Under the pieces are notes generated by a model. The model saw only the letters and a list, made by a program, of their open reading frames with translations. It did not search any database and had not been told where the DNA came from. From NCBI GenBank assembly GCA_963740085.1, contig CAVUCU010000004.1, forward strand, positions 480,001 to 544,000: 64,000 nucleotides of DNA. The letters are read 5' to 3'. A program made the position numbers and the translations under genes. Shown piece by piece: positions 1 to 10,251 of this stretch. Each line of letters begins with the position of its first letter. The first letter of the stretch is position 1. This DNA comes from Nitrospirota bacterium. Lineage in GTDB: Bacteria > Nitrospirota > UBA9217.

Positions 1-467
1 CCTGAACTGCCGCATAGCGGCGATATGGAAATGTGGCTGCGGTTCGCCGCACATGCCTCGGTCGGGATGTCGGAAGCATACGAGGCGGTCTACCGTCGTC
101 ATGCCGGCAATATGTCGCTTGACTATACCGTGAAAACCTGGTTGCCGGACCTTCAACAGCGGAAGGCTGCCTTTGATTGTTTCTTCAAAACATGCAGCCA
201 CGCTCTTCCGGATGCTCAAAAGCTTCGTCGGAAGCTCGCTCTTTTTGCTTGGCTGCGATGCGGTCGGTTTCGCCAGCACTGCATTTAACGAGCGGAAAAT
301 GGAAGTTTCCGAAACAGCTCTCTGATTATGCGATCGAACTTTGCCCGGGAGTTAAAAAGCATCGATGCCGTGGAAGAAGTTTGCATGTGAAACAACTGAT
401 GGGTTACAGTGTATGGCATGCCTTGCAATCGGCTGTCGCAAAATCCGTACGTGAACTTTTAATATAA
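1..467 (+). CDS. Glycosyltransferase family 2, C-terminal part (partial at window edge, frameshifted)
   Basis: Reads PELPHSGDMEMWLRFAAH..VYRRH, typical of a GT2 C-terminal half; continues in a second frame (177..467). Confidence 0.55.
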
Positions 468-545
468 AAAGTTACCGGCTCGTGTTTATGTTGAAGTCGG
501 GATCGAAAGTCTAAAGCCATAGACCTTAAGCAAAAAGGAGATTTT

Positions 546-1527
546 ATGTTGAAAATAGCGCAGATCGGTGTCGGTTATTGGGGGCCGAATCTTTTAAGAA
601 ACCTCGTGGCGAACAAAAAGTGCAAGGTATCAACAGTGGTGGATCTGTCGCCTGAACGGAGGGACTATGTGCGGGGCCTCTATCCTGCGGTAAAGGTCTC
701 TGACAACGTTGAAGAGGTGATCAATGATCCTGAGATCGAGGCAGTTGATAATTGCAACTCCGGTGGCGACCCACTTTGATCTGGCTATGCGGGCGCTTTC
801 TGCAGGGAAACACATATTTATCGAAAAGCCGATGGCACGGAGCGTAGCCGAAGTAGATGAGATCGGCAAGCTGGCCGCTCAGAAGAACCGTGTCGCCATG
901 GTAGGGCACACCTTTCTCTTTAATAGTGCCGTGCGGTACGTTAAAAAAATGATCGATTCGGGTGAACTCGGAGATATCCGATATATTTACAGTCAGCGGT
1001 TGAATCTCGGCAAGATCAGGTCTGATGTCGATGCCTTATGGAATTTGGCCCCTCACGACATAAGCATCATTCAATACTGGCTTGGGGACCCGAAGCCGCT
1101 CTCTGTGGTGAGGATAGGCGCCGACTATGTGCAGGAAAAGATCGATGACGTGGTTTTCATGAACATCATGTATCCGAAGAAGATCATGGCCAATATCCAC
1201 GTAAGCTGGCTTGATCCTCAGAAGATCCGCTCGATGGTCGTCATCGGATCAAAAAAAATGGTGGTATATGATGACATGGCAGACGAAAAGATCGCCATCT
1301 ACGACAAAGGGATAGACCGGAAGGCACCGTCTGGTAGTAGTAAACAATCGCCCGCATTTGATCACCGGTCGGGGGATGTTTTGCTTCCGAAGATCGATTT
1401 CAAGGAACCCTTGAAGGTTGAACTGGATCATTTTATTGACTGTATACAGAACGGAACGAAGTGCTTGACCGGTGTGGACCATGCCAGGACCGTGGTAGAG
1501 ATCCTGGCAACCGCCAACGTGCAGTAA
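546..1527 (+). CDS. Gfo/Idh/MocA-family oxidoreductase (sugar-nucleotide dehydrogenase); frameshift near 745
   Basis: N-terminal IGVGYWG Rossmann motif (546..779) joins IATPVATH, EKPMA, VGHTF and APHDIS in 724..1527; AAGGAG ribosome site upstream. Confidence 0.85.
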
Positions 1528-1576
1528 GTGCGTCGGGCATTATCAAATTGATCGATCCAGGGCCGATGAAATAGTA

Positions 1577-2595
1577 ATGATGAACAATAAAAAAAAATTG
1601 AAAGTAGCTTTGGTCTGTACCCGCGGCGGACATTTTGAGCAAATGACCAATCTCTCCGAATTTTATGGATGCTATGATCATTTCTGGATAACCAACAAAA
1701 ATAAGCAAACAGAGAACCAATTGAAGGATGAGAGAGTACACTATATAGAGCTGGCTCACTTTAAAAAGCCCTGGACCTACTTATTCCAGCTCGCGCCGGT
1801 ACTGAAAATATTCGCGAAAGAAAAGCCAACGCATATGCTCTCGACCGGATCGGGCAGGACGGCCCTGGTTCCTTTTATTATTTCGCGGCTTTTTAAGATA
1901 AAGTTCATTTATATTGATACCTTTTCCCGGGTGCGCGGACATTCAAAGTTCGGGACGTTTTTGCTCAAAATGAAAAGCAGGATCTATACACAATGGGAAG
2001 ATCCGCAAAATGATAGAGCGATCTACATCGGACCAATATTCAAACAGCAGGAAAACCGCACTAAATGCAGTGACTCAGAATATGTATTTGTTACCGTGGG
2101 GACACGAGATGAACCGTTCACGCGATTGATAAAAGGGGTCGAAGATCTGGTAAAAAAAGGCATTAATAAAAGAAAAAGTAATCATACAGGCAGGGCATAC
2201 AAAATACAGGTCGGACTGTAGTCGAAGTATTTCGATTTCTGTCGTCCTGAAAAGATAGACGAATTGATCTTAAATGCAAAGTATGTCATTACCCAGGAGA
2301 GTGCGGGCATTGGTACCCAATGCCTGAAGTATAGTACGAAGTTTGTAGTTATGCCCAGAGACTATCAATATCGGAGAACTTCCCGCAAAAAGCGATATGA
2401 AAGAGGATCTGCAATGACAAGCTTGAAGAATTGGGTTATACAAAGGTTGTAAAAAATGCAAGCGAGTTGGAACAGGCGATCATAAATATAGATACTTGTA
2501 AAACAGGATATGAGTTCAACAATCAATTAGCGATCACGAAGCTGCATAGGGCTGTGGGTGACGAGTCAGTGACTAAAGTGCCTAAAGTGAGCTAA
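1577..2595 (+). CDS. PssD/Alg14-like plus PssE/Alg13-like fused glycosyltransferase; frameshifted in the C-terminal part
   Basis: ALVCTRGGHFEQ, STGSG and YTQWE (Alg14/PssD) followed in frame by VFVTVGTRDEPFTRLI (Alg13/PssE); later pieces (VITQESAG, VVMPR) lie in other frames. Confidence 0.75.
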
Positions 2596-2653
2596 AGTTT
2601 AGAGAAACAAGTAAAGTGCACTAGAGTGCCTAAAGTTTAAAGTGACTAAAGTG
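2568..2653 (+). repeat. Tandem array of about 8 degenerate CTAAAGTG units (9-10 nt period)
   Basis: gtgactaaagtgcctaaagtgagctaaagt...gtaaagtgcactagagtgcctaaagtttaaagtgactaaagtg read directly. Confidence 0.9.
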
Positions 2654-2830
2654 GGAAGTCGGGAGAGAATGCCGAGTAATAAGGAATTTGCAAAGGAACT
2701 TGAAAAGAGGACAAGGGCATTTGCTGTCAGCATCATTCGATTATCGGTAAAATTACCAAACAGTGCTGAAGGCAAGGTTATCAGGAATCAGATCACAAAA
2801 TCCGGAACATCTATTGGCGCCAATTACTCG

Positions 2831-3099
2831 CCCCGTTAGATAAAATGCATTATGTATATATTTTACAGAGTTTGATAGATAATAAATTCTACGTTGGCTA
2901 TTCGCAAGATTTAAAACGGAGAATTGAAAAACACAATAGTGGACAAGTACCGTCTACTAAAGGGAGAACCCCATTAAAATTAGTTTATTATGAAGCATGT
3001 TTGAATATAACTGATGCTATACATAGAGAAAAATATTTGAAAACTAGCTGGGGGAAGAGATATATTAAAAACCGCATGAAAAAATATCTAACGGGGTAA
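2831..3099 (+). mobile_element. Minimal inverted-repeat-bounded insertion carrying only a GIY-YIG nuclease gene
   Basis: CCCCGTTAGATA (2831-2842) and its perfect reverse complement TATCTAACGGGG (3085-3096) enclose the ORF and interrupt a recognisable gene. Confidence 0.75.
2845..3099 (+). CDS. Stand-alone GIY-YIG endonuclease (YhbQ/UPF0213/SLX1-like), 84 aa
   Basis: HYVYIL...FYVGYSQDLKRRIEKHNSG..STKGRTPLKLVYYE...DAIHREKYLK; catalytic Y, R and E positions present. Confidence 0.93.
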   Translation: MHYVYILQSLIDNKFYVGYSQDLKRRIEKHNSGQVPSTKGRTPLKLVYYEACLNITDAIHREKYLKTSWGKRYIKNRMKKYLTG

Positions 3100-3294
3100 A
3101 AATCTAATCGATCTCGTAGCAAAGCGGATTTTAGAAATAAGATAAGGATTTGCGAAAGCGAAGCCAGCGAAACACAATACTGGTTGGAAGTCATCATTGA
3201 TGCAAATATGCTGACTCGGGATAAAGTCGCAGCGGAACACAAGGAATGCAGTGAGTTGCTCGCAATCTTTACCTCAATTGGTAAAAAACACATT

Positions 3295-3353
3295 CACTTT
3301 AGAAGGCACTTGAGTCACTTTAGCGCACTTTAGCTCACTTTAGTGCACTTAAA
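3295..3353 (-). repeat. Tandem array of 6 CACTTTAG-like units, the inverse of the 2568-2653 array
   Basis: cactttag aagg cacttgag t cactttag cg cactttag ct cactttag tg cacttaaa. Confidence 0.9.
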
Positions 3354-3371
3354 TATACCCCAGGAGGAAGA

Positions 3372-4476
3372 ATGAATATTCAACTTGTTGATCTGAAGGC
3401 GCAATATGAAACGATCAAAAATGAAATCGATCCAGTAATAAAAGAGGTAGTATCGGAAACAGCATTTATCGGGGGACAGCACGTCGCGAAGTTTGAAGAA
3501 GCTTTTGCAAAGTTCTGCGGCGTGAAGCATTGTGTCGGCGTCGGCAATGGTACGGATGCTTTATTTATCGCATTAAAAACGCTCGGTATCGGCGCGGGTG
3601 ACGAGGTTATCACTGTTGCGAACAGCTTCATCGCAACATCTGAGTCGATAACGCAGACGGGCGCAAAGGTTGTATTTGTCGACATCGATCCGAAAACTTA
3701 TAACATCGATGTGAATAAGATCGAAGAAAAGATCACATCGCGGACAAAGGCCATCGTTCCTGTCCATCTCTACGGGCAGCCTGCTGATATGGACCCGATC
3801 CTTGCCCTTGCGAAGAAGCATAATTTAAGAATTATGGAGGATTGCGCTCAGGCCCATGGGGCACTTTATAAAGGCAGAATTATCGGCTCGATAGGTGACA
3901 TGGCATGTTTCAGCTTTTACCCCGGCAAGAACCTTGGTGCTTATGGCGATGCCGGGGCCATCGTAACCAGCGATGAGACCCTGGCGAAAAAAGCACGCAT
4001 GTTCGCCAATCACGGACGCATAGGAAAGTACGACCATGAAATAGAAGGCATCAACAGCCGCCTGGACGGACTCCAGGCAGCCATACTTGGAGGTCAAGTT
4101 GAGGCATCTTGATGCATGGTCCGAAGCACGAAGAAAGAACGCATACCTGTATAATGAACAATTGAAGGGAACGGATCTGGTCACGCCGGTCGAAATTGCA
4201 AATGTGAAAGCAGTCTATCATCTTTATGTGGTGCGTATAAAAAAGGAATTGCGCCAGAAACTTCAAGACCATTTGAAATCCAAAGGGATAGCCACGGGTA
4301 TCCATTACCCGATAGCGCTGCCTAATTTGAAGGCTTATTCCTACTTACAACATACAGCAAATGATTATCCTGAAGCCACAAAAGCGTCTCAGGAAATACT
4401 GTCTCTGCCGATGTATCCGGAGCTTAAAGAAGGTCAGATTCAGTTCATTGTTCGGGAAATAAAAAATGTGGTATAG
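3372..4476 (+). CDS. DegT/DnrJ/EryC1/StrS PLP-dependent sugar aminotransferase; frameshift near 4090
   Basis: [44 protein letters not shown], then VYHLYVV, GIHYP and LSLPMYP in 4087..4476. Confidence 0.92.
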
Positions 4477-4546
4477 AAAACAATAGTTATTTGCTGCTTG
4501 CACATCTGCAAATTTTATCGTTGTTAAATGAGCTTTAAGGTGCCGA

Positions 4547-5434
4547 ATGAAGAATGATTTAAATAAAGCATCATATGTTCTAATAACACCGGCTTATAAT
4601 GAGGAGTCTTATATAGAAAAAACGATTCAATCGGTAATATCACAAACCAGATTACCTAATAAGTGGGTCATTGTAAGTGATGGTTCGACTGACGGCACTG
4701 ATGACATCGTAAAAAAATATATAAATCAATATTCTTTTATTGAAATCATCCGAACAACTGATCACAACGAATGCAGTTTTGGTTCGAAGGCGCTTGCCAT
4801 TGGCATTGCCTTTCAGAGGCTTAAGGATGTAAAATACGATTTTATAGGAATTCTAGACGCCGATATAACTTTCGCTTCAGATTACTATCAGAATGTTTTA
4901 ATGAAGTTTGGAGAAAATACATCTGCTCGTCTAGGTATTGCAGGCGGAATGATTGCGGAATTATGGAACGGAAGGTTCACAATACTCGACTATAACGTCA
5001 ATAGTGTTGCAGGGGCGGTACAACTGTTCCGTAGGCGATGCTTCGAAGAAATTGGCGGTTATCGACCCTTAAAACTTGGCGGGATTGACGCACTGGCTGA
5101 AATAATGTCGAGAATGCATGGCTGGGATGTGAAGTCATTCAAGGATATTATTGCTTATCATCATAGACGAATCGGGACCACAAGAGGAAGCTTGGCACGC
5201 TCAAAGTTCAAGTATGGGCTAAAAGATTATTCTATAGGAACACATCCATTGTTTATGTTTCTTAAATGCATCAATAGATTCCAGCAAAAACCTTATGTCG
5301 TGGGTGGTATTTTGACACTAATCGGGTTTATTTGGGCATGGATACGAAGAGAACCTAAGGCTGTTTCAGAGGAAATAGTCCGGTTCGTGAGAGATGAACA
5401 AATCAATCGAATAAAGTCAAAAATCCATTTTTAA
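4547..5434 (+). CDS. Glycosyltransferase family 2
   Basis: LITPAYNEE, VSDGSTDGT, LDADI motifs. Confidence 0.9.
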   Translation: MKNDLNKASYVLITPAYNEESYIEKTIQSVISQTRLPNKWVIVSDGSTDGTDDIVKKYINQYSFIEIIRTTDHNECSFGSKALAIGIAFQRLKDVKYDFIGILDADITFASDYYQNVLMKFGENTSARLGIAGGMIAELWNGRFTILDYNVNSVAGAVQLFRRRCFEEIGGYRPLKLGGIDALAEIMSRMHGWDVKSFKDIIAYHHRRIGTTRGSLARSKFKYGLKDYSIGTHPLFMFLKCINRFQQKPYVVGGILTLIGFIWAWIRREPKAVSEEIVRFVRDEQINRIKSKIHF

Positions 5435-5494
5435 TTTTAATTTGCACATTTGCCAACTAAACTATGACGTAAGACTAGGTAGGATTTTATTATA

Positions 5495-6265
5495 ATGATC
5501 TCACAACACTACTTTACATTTCCGTTTCAACTACCACGAGTCATTTCACAAATTCGCAACTGGCCGTTGTATCTTTTAAATTATCTATTACGACGGAAGC
5601 GCCCGGCAGTGTATCAGTTGCGGAATGGTTTCCAATTAATTGATGGTAGGGGGACACTGGCCGGAACCATAGCGGTCATTTTTGTCCGCCGAGAGTATGG
5701 GCCAATGCAAGACTATCGGACGATTGTAGATATTGGCGCGAACATGGGGAGTTTTACTGTTTACGCGGCACTAACATGCCCGAATGCAAAAATATATTGC
5801 TTTGAGCCGGAAGGGCGGAACTTTGGAGTGCTAATGAAAAATATCACAGTTAATTCATTGGACGCACGTGTTCATGCATTTCAATTCGCTGTTGCCGCCA
5901 GCAGTGACTCCAGAGCGATGGCCATTGGATTGTCGCCGCTGAATTCGCTGGTTACCAAGGACGCATGCGATAAGAGCCAGACGGTCCGTTGCACGACGAT
6001 TCAGGAAATCTTCAAGCGACAAAAATTACTAACCATCGATCTCGTAAAAATGAATTGTGAAGGGGCAGAATATGAGATTCTTGAGAGTTGCACTCACGCC
6101 GATTTTAAGAGAATGCCACGTATCCGATTGGAGTATCACAACCTTGACGCTGATAAACAAAATGGAAAATGGCTTGCAACCTATTTGAAGGTCCAAGGAT
6201 ATCAGATTGAGCATTATACTAGCTACCGTGGTGAGTCTGGTTTTATCTGGGCGACTCTAAAATAA
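5495..6265 (+). CDS. FkbM-family methyltransferase
   Basis: VDIGANMG, CFEP and IDLVKMNCEGAEYEIL motifs. Confidence 0.88.
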   Translation: MISQHYFTFPFQLPRVISQIRNWPLYLLNYLLRRKRPAVYQLRNGFQLIDGRGTLAGTIAVIFVRREYGPMQDYRTIVDIGANMGSFTVYAALTCPNAKIYCFEPEGRNFGVLMKNITVNSLDARVHAFQFAVAASSDSRAMAIGLSPLNSLVTKDACDKSQTVRCTTIQEIFKRQKLLTIDLVKMNCEGAEYEILESCTHADFKRMPRIRLEYHNLDADKQNGKWLATYLKVQGYQIEHYTSYRGESGFIWATLK

Positions 6266-6300
6266 CAGCTGCTCCTGTATATGGTTAGAGCGATTGTAAT

Positions 6301-7299
6301 TTGATGTCAGGGAACGCAGCAAAAGAAGGGATTGTTCGTGTGGAGTTATCCATCATCATCGTCAATTGGAACTCGAAAGACTATCTTCTTAAAGCGATTG
6401 CATCAATCAAGGCTGAGACTCTGGGGATTGATTACGAAATCATTGTCATTGATGCCGCATCTTATGATGGCTGCGACGAGGTGCTTCGCATTAACTTCCC
6501 AGATGTCAGATTTATACAGGCCGTCAAAAACCTTGGTTTTGCGACAGCCAACAACGAAGCATTCGGCGATTCGAGTGGGAGCACGCTTCTATTTCTCAAC
6601 CCCGACACAGAGATCAAAGGCTCTGCCATAGAAACCATGTATTATCAACTGAACGCGTTGCCTAATGCCGGTATTGTGGGACCTAAACTCCTTAATAGTG
6701 ACAGATCGGTGCAGCAAAGTTGTGTCCGTACTTTCCCCACCATTTTCAATCAAGTGTTTGAATCCGATGCACTTCGCAAGTTGTTTCCCAGGGCTCAAGC
6801 ATGGGGTATGCGACCGCTTTTGACCGGAAATGAGACACCTAGCAAAGTGGATGCGGTCTCGGGAGCATGTCTCATGATCAAAAGGTCAGTATTTCAAAGT
6901 ATCGGAATGTTCAGCACTGATTACTTCATGTATTCTGAGGATATTGATCTATGCTTTAAGGTGGGGAAGGCCGGGATGAGTACATATTACATTCCAACGG
7001 CTGTCGTCGTTCACCACGGCGGTGCAAGCAGTTCACAAATGAGCATAAACACATTTTCCTCTGTAATGATGCTGGAATCCCGATGGCGATTTTTCCGAAA
7101 AACACGATCTTTATGGTATGCCAGGCTTTACCGCCTCGCAATGTTCGTAGCCAGCATCGTCCGGATCAGGTTGCTGCTGTTAGTGTGGCCGGCCAGCGGA
7201 CTGTGTGGAAAAAAGGACAGGTCTGAACAAGTGCTGAAAAAATGGATGGCAAGGCTGCGCTGGACAGTTGGGGCAGGGAAATGGGTAATAAAAAATTAG
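6301..7299 (+). CDS. Glycosyltransferase family 2 (rhamnosyltransferase-like); true start may be GTG at 6340
   Basis: SIIIVNWNS, NLGFATANN, LFLNPDT, SGACLM, YSEDIDLC. Confidence 0.9.
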   Translation: MMSGNAAKEGIVRVELSIIIVNWNSKDYLLKAIASIKAETLGIDYEIIVIDAASYDGCDEVLRINFPDVRFIQAVKNLGFATANNEAFGDSSGSTLLFLNPDTEIKGSAIETMYYQLNALPNAGIVGPKLLNSDRSVQQSCVRTFPTIFNQVFESDALRKLFPRAQAWGMRPLLTGNETPSKVDAVSGACLMIKRSVFQSIGMFSTDYFMYSEDIDLCFKVGKAGMSTYYIPTAVVVHHGGASSSQMSINTFSSVMMLESRWRFFRKTRSLWYARLYRLAMFVASIVRIRLLLLVWPASGLCGKKDRSEQVLKKWMARLRWTVGAGKWVIKN

Positions 7300-7360
7300 G
7301 GATTTCTTGTAGTGGCGGGAGACAAACGATAAGTCTTATAGTGGAAAGTAGATTCAACTT

Positions 7361-8714
7361 ATGGAACATGAAGTAAGTACAATATCACCAGGTAGCCTTG
7401 TGTTTATTTTGTGCATGGGGCTTCTCCTGCTGGTATTGCCACGGCGATATGCAATAGTCCCTTTGTTGGTAAGCGGTTGCTACATGACGCTTGGTCAAGC
7501 CCTTATAATAGGCGGACTGCACTTTTATCTGATCAGGATCATTATATTTTTTGGCATGATCAGGATCTTTGTCAAGAAGGAAATATTCAGTATAAAACTG
7601 AATTCGATTGATAAGTTTTAATAGCCTGGCTCTTGGTAAGTTCTTTATTGTATCCTCTCTTTGGCGAAATTAACGTTGCCATCGGCGAAAGACTTGGCCG
7701 AGTATACAATACATTCGGTATTTATTTTCTCGTTCGGTCATTGATACGAGACTTGGATGACATCATCTTTACTGTTAAGATGTTTGGAATTATCATCATT
7801 CCACTTGCCGTTTTATTTGCAGTAGAACATACGACCGGGAGAAACCCTTTCTCTATATTTGGTGGGGTGCCATCAATTTCCTGAACTTCGTAACGGCCGT
7901 ATCCGTTGTCAGGGTCCGTTTATGCATTCTATTCTTGCGGGAACTTTTGGAGCAACCTCATTGCCTCTTTTTGTAGGATTGTGGGCTCAAACTACCGGCA
8001 AGCGCTATCTCGCAACGGGAGCTATATTAGCGTCAACCGCCATTGTTTATTTCTCAGCAGCAAGTGGTCCATTTCTTGCCTATATTGCGGTTCTAGTTAG
8101 GATTGATCTGCTGGAATATCAGAACTCACATGAGGACCCTCAGATGGGGTATTGTAGTACTCTTACTTACCCTGTCTGCCTACATGAAGGCACCGGTATG
8201 GTTCCTAATATCTCAACTAGGCGATATAACCGGAGGAGGCGGATGGTATCGCTCGGCTCTGATCGATGCGGCCATAAGTCATTTTGACGAGTGGTGGCTA
8301 ATTGGTACAGGGTATACAGCACACTGGATGCCGACTGGCCTTGCTATTGATCCGAACATGGCGGACATGGTTAACTATTTTATCGCTCAAGGAGTACACG
8401 GAGGTCTTCTTGCGCTGATATTGTTTATTTGGTTGATCGTCAAGTGCTTCAAAACTGTTGGTGTGGCAACTCGAAATGGGATCCAGTATACAGCTCAGCA
8501 GCGATTCATGATCTGGTGTCTGGGATGTACCGTCTTCGGTCACGTTACGTCTTTTTTCTCCGTGTCATATTTCGATCAAATCACTATATTCTGGTACATG
8601 GTCATAGCTATGATTGCGACACTTGAAGGTACCAGAAATATGGCTGCTATAACTACTTCAATCAGGCCTTCAGATATATGCGAATCTGTATCATCTCACA
8701 TTCTGCATATATAA
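7361..8714 (+). CDS. Multi-pass membrane protein, O-antigen ligase/Wzy polymerase-like; several frameshifts
   Basis: Four consecutive hydrophobic ORF pieces with RCQGPFMHSILAG and WYRSALIDAA...GTG..HW motifs; lies among glycosyltransferase genes. Confidence 0.65.
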
Positions 8715-8886
8715 GTAATATGCGATTCCCGAATACAACTATTCATTCTTATCCATCAAGATCTGAATTAGCCTTCTCTTATTTTTACTTGTGATTCTAA
8801 TCACAGCTACCTAAGCCAATAAGCGTATAATTAAAACAATCTACAGAGCAAAGCCATCGATCGATGAATTTTGAAGGGAGAATATC

Positions 8887-10163
8887 ATGAAGAAACAGCT
8901 TATTGTCATCTTATTTGTATTGATTCTATCCCCCACTGTTACATGGGCGGCATCTCATTACATTCGTAGTGGTGCATCAGGCTCTTCTTGTGCGGATTGG
9001 GGTACAAATGCCTGTAATGCTCTGCCGGCAACGCTTACGCGAGGAGATACTTATTACATAGCCAAAGGGTCTTATGCAGGAAGGACATTTAATGCGTCGG
9101 TATCAGGCACTTCGGTTATCATGATCAAAGGAGCAACTGTAGCTGATCATGGAACGGATACTGGGTGGAATAGTAACTACTCAGTAAGTACTGCAGATGG
9201 TGGTGGCCAAGCAACCTGGACTTCAAGCGTTTCATTCAGCACATCATATTGGGTGTTTGACGGTTCTGTAGGACAAGCGTGGGATAAAACCTCCACTGAT
9301 TATGGTTTTACATTTAGCTCCAATAGTAATCCAATCTATATATACAACACAAGTTCAGCTATATCAATATTACAATCTCTCATATTGCGGCAACTGCTCC
9401 AGGTGGCGATACTGAAAAGTTTTTCATTTCAACTTCTAATTCGTCCAAAGCAGTAAGTAATGTAGATGTAAGCTATATTTACGCAAATGGATGGCAGATC
9501 GTTCTGGTGGTCAACATCTCCGGGCCTTACTATGGATAGTTGGACTTGTGAATATAGTACAATATTAAATTCCTGGGGAAGTTCTACGCATCATGGTGGC
9601 GAAATTAATAATAACTATGGGCTTATGACTAATTTAGTTATTCGCTATAATTGGTTTGAAGGGTTTTACTGATACGGGAATTACCGCAGTTGTCGAAGCC
9701 AACAATAACAACATTAATAGCTCTTATATATACGGAAATGTCTTTAAGAATGTCACAGGTAGGAATGGAATTCTATCTGGTACCTCTGCCGGAAATCTTG
9801 TAAGTCCTGCTATATATAACAATACTTTTATCACCTCTTCTAGTCAGGGAGTTGGATAGGAAGCACTACGGGAACTCCCGATGTAAGAAATAACCTTCTA
9901 TACAATATGAGCGCCAGTAGTACTTCAGCAGGTGGAGATTATAACGCTTATTTTTCTTGCACAAATGTCCCTTCTGAAACTCATAACAAACTGGCTCGGG
10001 AAGTCCATTTGTAAGCGAGGCATCGGGAAATATTAATCTAACTACAGCAACAACGGCAGGCGCAACCTCGCTGCGCCCTATAATATGGATGTCGATGGAA
10101 ATACAAGGGGAGGATGGGATATGGGATAGGGGGGCATTTGAATTTGGAGGTAATGTATTGTGA
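8887..10163 (+). CDS. Secreted Ser/Thr/Asn-rich protein, probable right-handed beta-helix; multiple frameshifts
   Basis: Signal peptide MKKQLIVILFVLILSPTVTWA; RGDTYYIAKGSY; IRYNWF, IYGNVF and IYNNTF repeats; ends in a WD.GAFEF-like motif. Confidence 0.55.
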
Positions 10164-10222
10164 TACGCCCGAACCCGCCCGTACTCTTCTACAATGGCAA
10201 TTGTCCAATTACCAGGTGTTTT

Positions 10223-10251
10223 AGCGGCTGGTGGAATACCAACCAGCCGCT
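10223..10251. terminator. 10-bp stem hairpin, possible terminator
   Basis: agcggctggt ... accagccgct perfect inverted repeat; weak U-tract. Confidence 0.4.

Larger units (their letters stand above)
2669..3333 (+). pseudogene. Four-helix-bundle protein (23S rRNA IVS / Avd-like family) split by an insertion
   Basis: 5' half MPSNKEFAKELEKRTRAFAVSIIRLSVKLP..IRNQITKSGTSIGANY (2669-2827); 3' half SNRSRSKADFRNKIRICESEASETQYWLEVI..ECSELLAIFTSI (3103-3333) resumes at the matching position in another frame. Confidence 0.9.

Noticed and set aside
2831-3099. Group I intron with a homing endonuclease
   Set aside because: The ORF fills nearly the whole insertion, leaving no room for a ribozyme core.
2834-3117. 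Translational bypass (T4 gene 60 style) from CGT-TAG at 2834 to the in-frame CGT at 3115
   Set aside because: The gap of about 280 nt is far longer than known bypasses, and the product would lose about 4 residues from a conserved helix. The match may be chance.
2669-3333. Diversity-generating retroelement (Avd-like gene)
   Set aside because: No reverse transcriptase and no template/variable repeat pair were seen in the window.
2568-3353. CRISPR array
   Set aside because: Units are 8-10 nt with no unique spacers, and there are no cas genes.
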